A stretch of DNA of 64,000 bases from the human T2T-CHM13v2.0 reference genome, Homo sapiens: the NCBI RefSeq assembly GCF_009914755.1, contig NC_060940.1. The stretch is one strand, 5' to 3'. Under the pieces are notes generated by a model, which saw only the letters and a program-made list of their open reading frames with translations, made no database searches and was not told the origin of the DNA. The first letter of the stretch is position 1. Every line of letters begins with the position of its first letter. Position numbers and translations under genes: made by a program. Positions 61,401-64,000 of the stretch are shown here, piece by piece.

Positions 61401-61552
61401 CATTCAATTCCATTCAATAATGATTCCCTTCGAGTCCATTCGATGATTCCATTCGATTCCATTCAACGATGATTTGATTCGTTTCCATTCGATGATTCCA
61501 TTTGATTCCACTTGATGATGATTCCATTCGAGTCCATTTGATGATTCCATTC
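55445..61552 (+). repeat. HOR copy 10 (terminal copy; 3' part divergent; ends ~23 bp short of the next landmark)
   Basis: A-like to ~59100, then many private differences plus 16-bp and 3-bp extra sequence. Homology to the unit stops at ...ATGATTCCATTC|GAGTCTATTTATG. Confidence 0.88.
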
Positions 61553-63383
61553 GAGTCTATTTATGTATTATATTCGTGTCCACTTCATGATTCCATTCAA
61601 TTCCATTTAATGTTGATTCCATTTGATTCCATTTGATGATTCAGTTCGATTCCTTGCAATGATTCCCTACGATTCCTTTCTCTGATGATTCCATTCGATT
61701 CCATTCATTGATGATTTCATTCGACTCCATTCGATGATGATTCCTTTCGATTCCATTTGACGATGTTTCCATTCGAGTCCATTCGATGATGATTCTATTC
61801 AATTCTGTTCTATTATGATTCCATTCGATTTCATTCAATGCTTCTATTTGATTCCATTCGATGATGATTCCATCTCTTTCCCTTCGATGATTCCATTTGA
61901 TTCCATTCAGTGATGATTCCATTTGATTCCATCTGATGATGATTTCACTTGATTCCTTTCAATGATGATTCAATTCAAGTCCATTCGATGATTCCATTGG
62001 AGTCCAAACGATCATTCCGTTCGATTCCATTCAATGGTGATTCAATTCATGTCCATTCGATGAATCCATTCAATTCCATTCGATGATGACTCCATTCGAG
62101 TACATTCGATGATTCCATTTGATTCCATTTGAAGATGATTCCATTCAATTCCATTCGAAGATGATTCCATTCAATTCCATTCGATGATGATTCCGTATGA
62201 ATCCATTCTCTGATTATTCCATTCGATTCCATTCATTGACGATTCCATTCAATTCCATTCAATGATGATTCTCTTCTATTCCATTCGATGATTCCGGTCG
62301 ATTCCATTCGATGATGATTCCATTAGATTCCATGCGATTGTTGCATTCGATTCCCTTCGATGATGATTCCTTTGAATTCCATTCGATTATCATTCCGTAT
62401 GAATCCATTTGATGATTATTCCATTGGATTCCTTTCAATGATGATTCCATTCGATTCCATTTGATGATGTTTCTCTTGTATTCCACTGGATAATTCCTTT
62501 CAGTTCCCTTCGATGATTATTCTTTCGAGTCAATTCGATGATTCTATTCCATTCCCTTCGATGATGATTCCATTTCACTCCATTTGATGATTCCATTCGA
62601 CTCAATTTGGTGATGATTCAATTCGATGACATTCGATGACTCCATTCAATTTCATTTGATGATGATTACATTCGAGTCCATTTGATGATTGTATTCCTTT
62701 CCTTTTGATGATTATTCCATTCGTGTCTATTCAAAGGTTCCATTCTATTCCATTCAATGATGATTGCATTTGATTCCATTCAATGATTATGGCTATCGAT
62801 TCCACTCGTTGATTCCATTTGATTCCGTTCGATGATTATTCCGTTAGATTCCATTAGAAGACTCCATTCGATTTTATTCAATGATTCCAATGGATTCCAT
62901 TCAATGATGATTCCATTCGACTCCATTCAGTGATTCCATTCGAGTCCATTTGATGATTCCATTCTTTTCCATTTGATGATGATTCCATTAGGGTCCATTC
63001 AATGATTCCATTCGAGTCCATTCGTTAATGCTTTTCGAGTCCTTTTGATCACTACATTCGAGTCCATTCAATGATTCTATTCGATTCCATTCCATGATGA
63101 TTCCATTCGAGTTCATTCGATGATTGCATTCGAGTCCATTTGATGATTCCATATGATTCCCTTCGACAATGATTCCATTCGTGTCCATTTGATGATTCCA
63201 TTCATTTCCTATCGATGAAGATTCCGTTCGAGTGTATTCGATGATTCCATTCAAATCCATTCGATGATGATTCCATTCCAGTCCATTCGATCATTCCACT
63301 TGATTCCATTTGATGACTATTCCATTCAAATCCATTTGATGATTCCATTCGATTCCATTCGATGTTACCATTCGAGTATATAC
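61553..63383 (+). repeat. Diverged HSat2 segment not part of the 6.1-kb unit
   Basis: Still CATTCGATGATG-based, but contains none of the unit's landmarks and has its own (CCTTGCAATGATTCCCTACG, CCAAACGATC, TATGGCTATCG). Confidence 0.82.
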
Positions 63384-64000
63384 GATGATTCCACTCGATT
63401 CCATTTGATGATTATTCCATTGGAGTCCACTTAGTGAATCCTTTAGATTCTACTCGAAGATGATTCCATTCGAGTCCATTCGATGATACCATTCAATTCC
63501 ATTCGTTGATGCTTCCATTCAAGTGCATTCGATGATATCATTCGATTCCTTTTGATGATAATTCCATTTGATTCCATGCGATGATTCTATTCGATTCCAT
63601 TCAATGATAATTCCATTCAATTCAGTGATTCCTCTGGACTCCATTTGATGATGATTCCATTCAATGATTCCATTCGATTCTATTCGAAAATGATTCCATT
63701 TGAATCCATTTGATGATGATTCCATTGGATTCCATTTGATGATTCCATTCGATTCCATTCGATGATGATTCCATTCGATTCCTTTTGATGATTCCATTCT
63801 ATTGTATTCAATGATGATTCCATTCGATTCCATTCGATGATGATTGGATTCGATTCCATTTGATGATTTCATTTGATTCCATTCGATAATGATTTCGATC
63901 AATTCCATTCGATGATTCCATTCGATTCCATTCGATAATGATTACATCCGAGTCCATTCGATGATTCCATTTGAGCCCGTTCGATAATTCCATTTGAGTC
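63384..64000 (+). repeat. Further copy of the HOR block at unit offset ~3810-4426 (runs off the window)
   Basis: GATGATTCCACTCGATTCCATTTGATGATTATTCCATTGGAGTCCACTTAGTGAATCCTTTAG... through GAGCCCGTTCGATAATTCC aligns with 59254 onward at +4130. Confidence 0.9.

Larger units (their letters stand above)
1..61552 (+). repeat. Tandem array of a ~6.1-kb higher-order (nested) repeat, 10 copies; probably HSat2B of chr16q11.2
   Basis: Landmark TTTGAGCCCACTCAATGCTTCC recurs at 1, 6113, 12235, 18357, 24469, 30591, 36703, 43244, 49356, 55445, and the ORF track repeats with the same offsets. The subfamily/chromosome assignment rests only on recall that a ~6.1-kb period characterises chr16 HSat2B and is less certain than the periodicity. 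Confidence 0.9.
1..64000 (+). repeat. Human satellite 2 (HSat2/HSATII) pericentromeric array, CATTC strand on +
   Basis: Continuous ATTCCATTCG / GAGTCCATTCG / GATGATG motifs in 23- and 26-bp units with very frequent TCGA. This is the HSat2 signature, as opposed to the pure (CATTC)n runs of HSat3. No strand switch seen. Confidence 0.97.

Noticed and set aside
61553-63383. Non-satellite insertion (L1/Alu) or inversion at the array break
   Set aside because: The segment remains CATTC-oriented HSat2 with no retroelement hallmarks and no GAATG-strand switch.
751-63993. Many 60-132 aa minus-strand ORFs (MESSSNGIEWNH-type peptides)
   Set aside because: They are translations of the GGAAT strand, which is rich in ATG and poor in stops. 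They are low-complexity, overlap in several frames, recur with the repeat and open or close with single substitutions, with no sign of coding constraint.
1-64000. CRISPR-like repeat/spacer interpretation of the 23-26 bp periodicity
   Set aside because: No unique spacers between constant repeats and no cas genes; all sequence is degenerate satellite monomer.
1-64000. HSat3 / HSF1 stress-body array or DYZ1
   Set aside because: Lacks long pure (CATTC)n runs and the ~3.6-kb DYZ1 period; the CATTCGATGATG pattern is HSat2.

Overview
The whole 64 kb window is classical human satellite 2 (HSat2/HSATII). It consists of CATTC-derived 23/26-bp units (ATTCCATTCG ATTCCATTCG ATG[ATG]), all with CATTC on the + strand. 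I see no genes, RNA genes, mobile elements or CRISPR arrays, and all listed ORFs are translation artefacts of the repeat. Positions 1-61552 form ten tandem copies of a ~6.1-kb higher-order (nested) repeat starting at 1, 6113, 12235, 18357, 24469, 30591, 36703, 43244, 49356 and 55445, with lengths 6112, 6122, 6122, 6112, 6122, 6112, 6541, 6112, 6089 and a last copy that breaks off at 61552. From recalled literature this period fits the HSat2B array of chr16q11.2 (not verified). What is interesting is structural: two unit subtypes, a 12,234-bp two-unit duplication with a mappable hybrid unit, a 429-bp out-of-order templated insertion, monomer-sized indels, and a break in the array where a 2.3-kb module is reused at a 4,130-bp spacing with a different 1.83-kb partner. 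I found no evidence for a new protein- or RNA-coding system.
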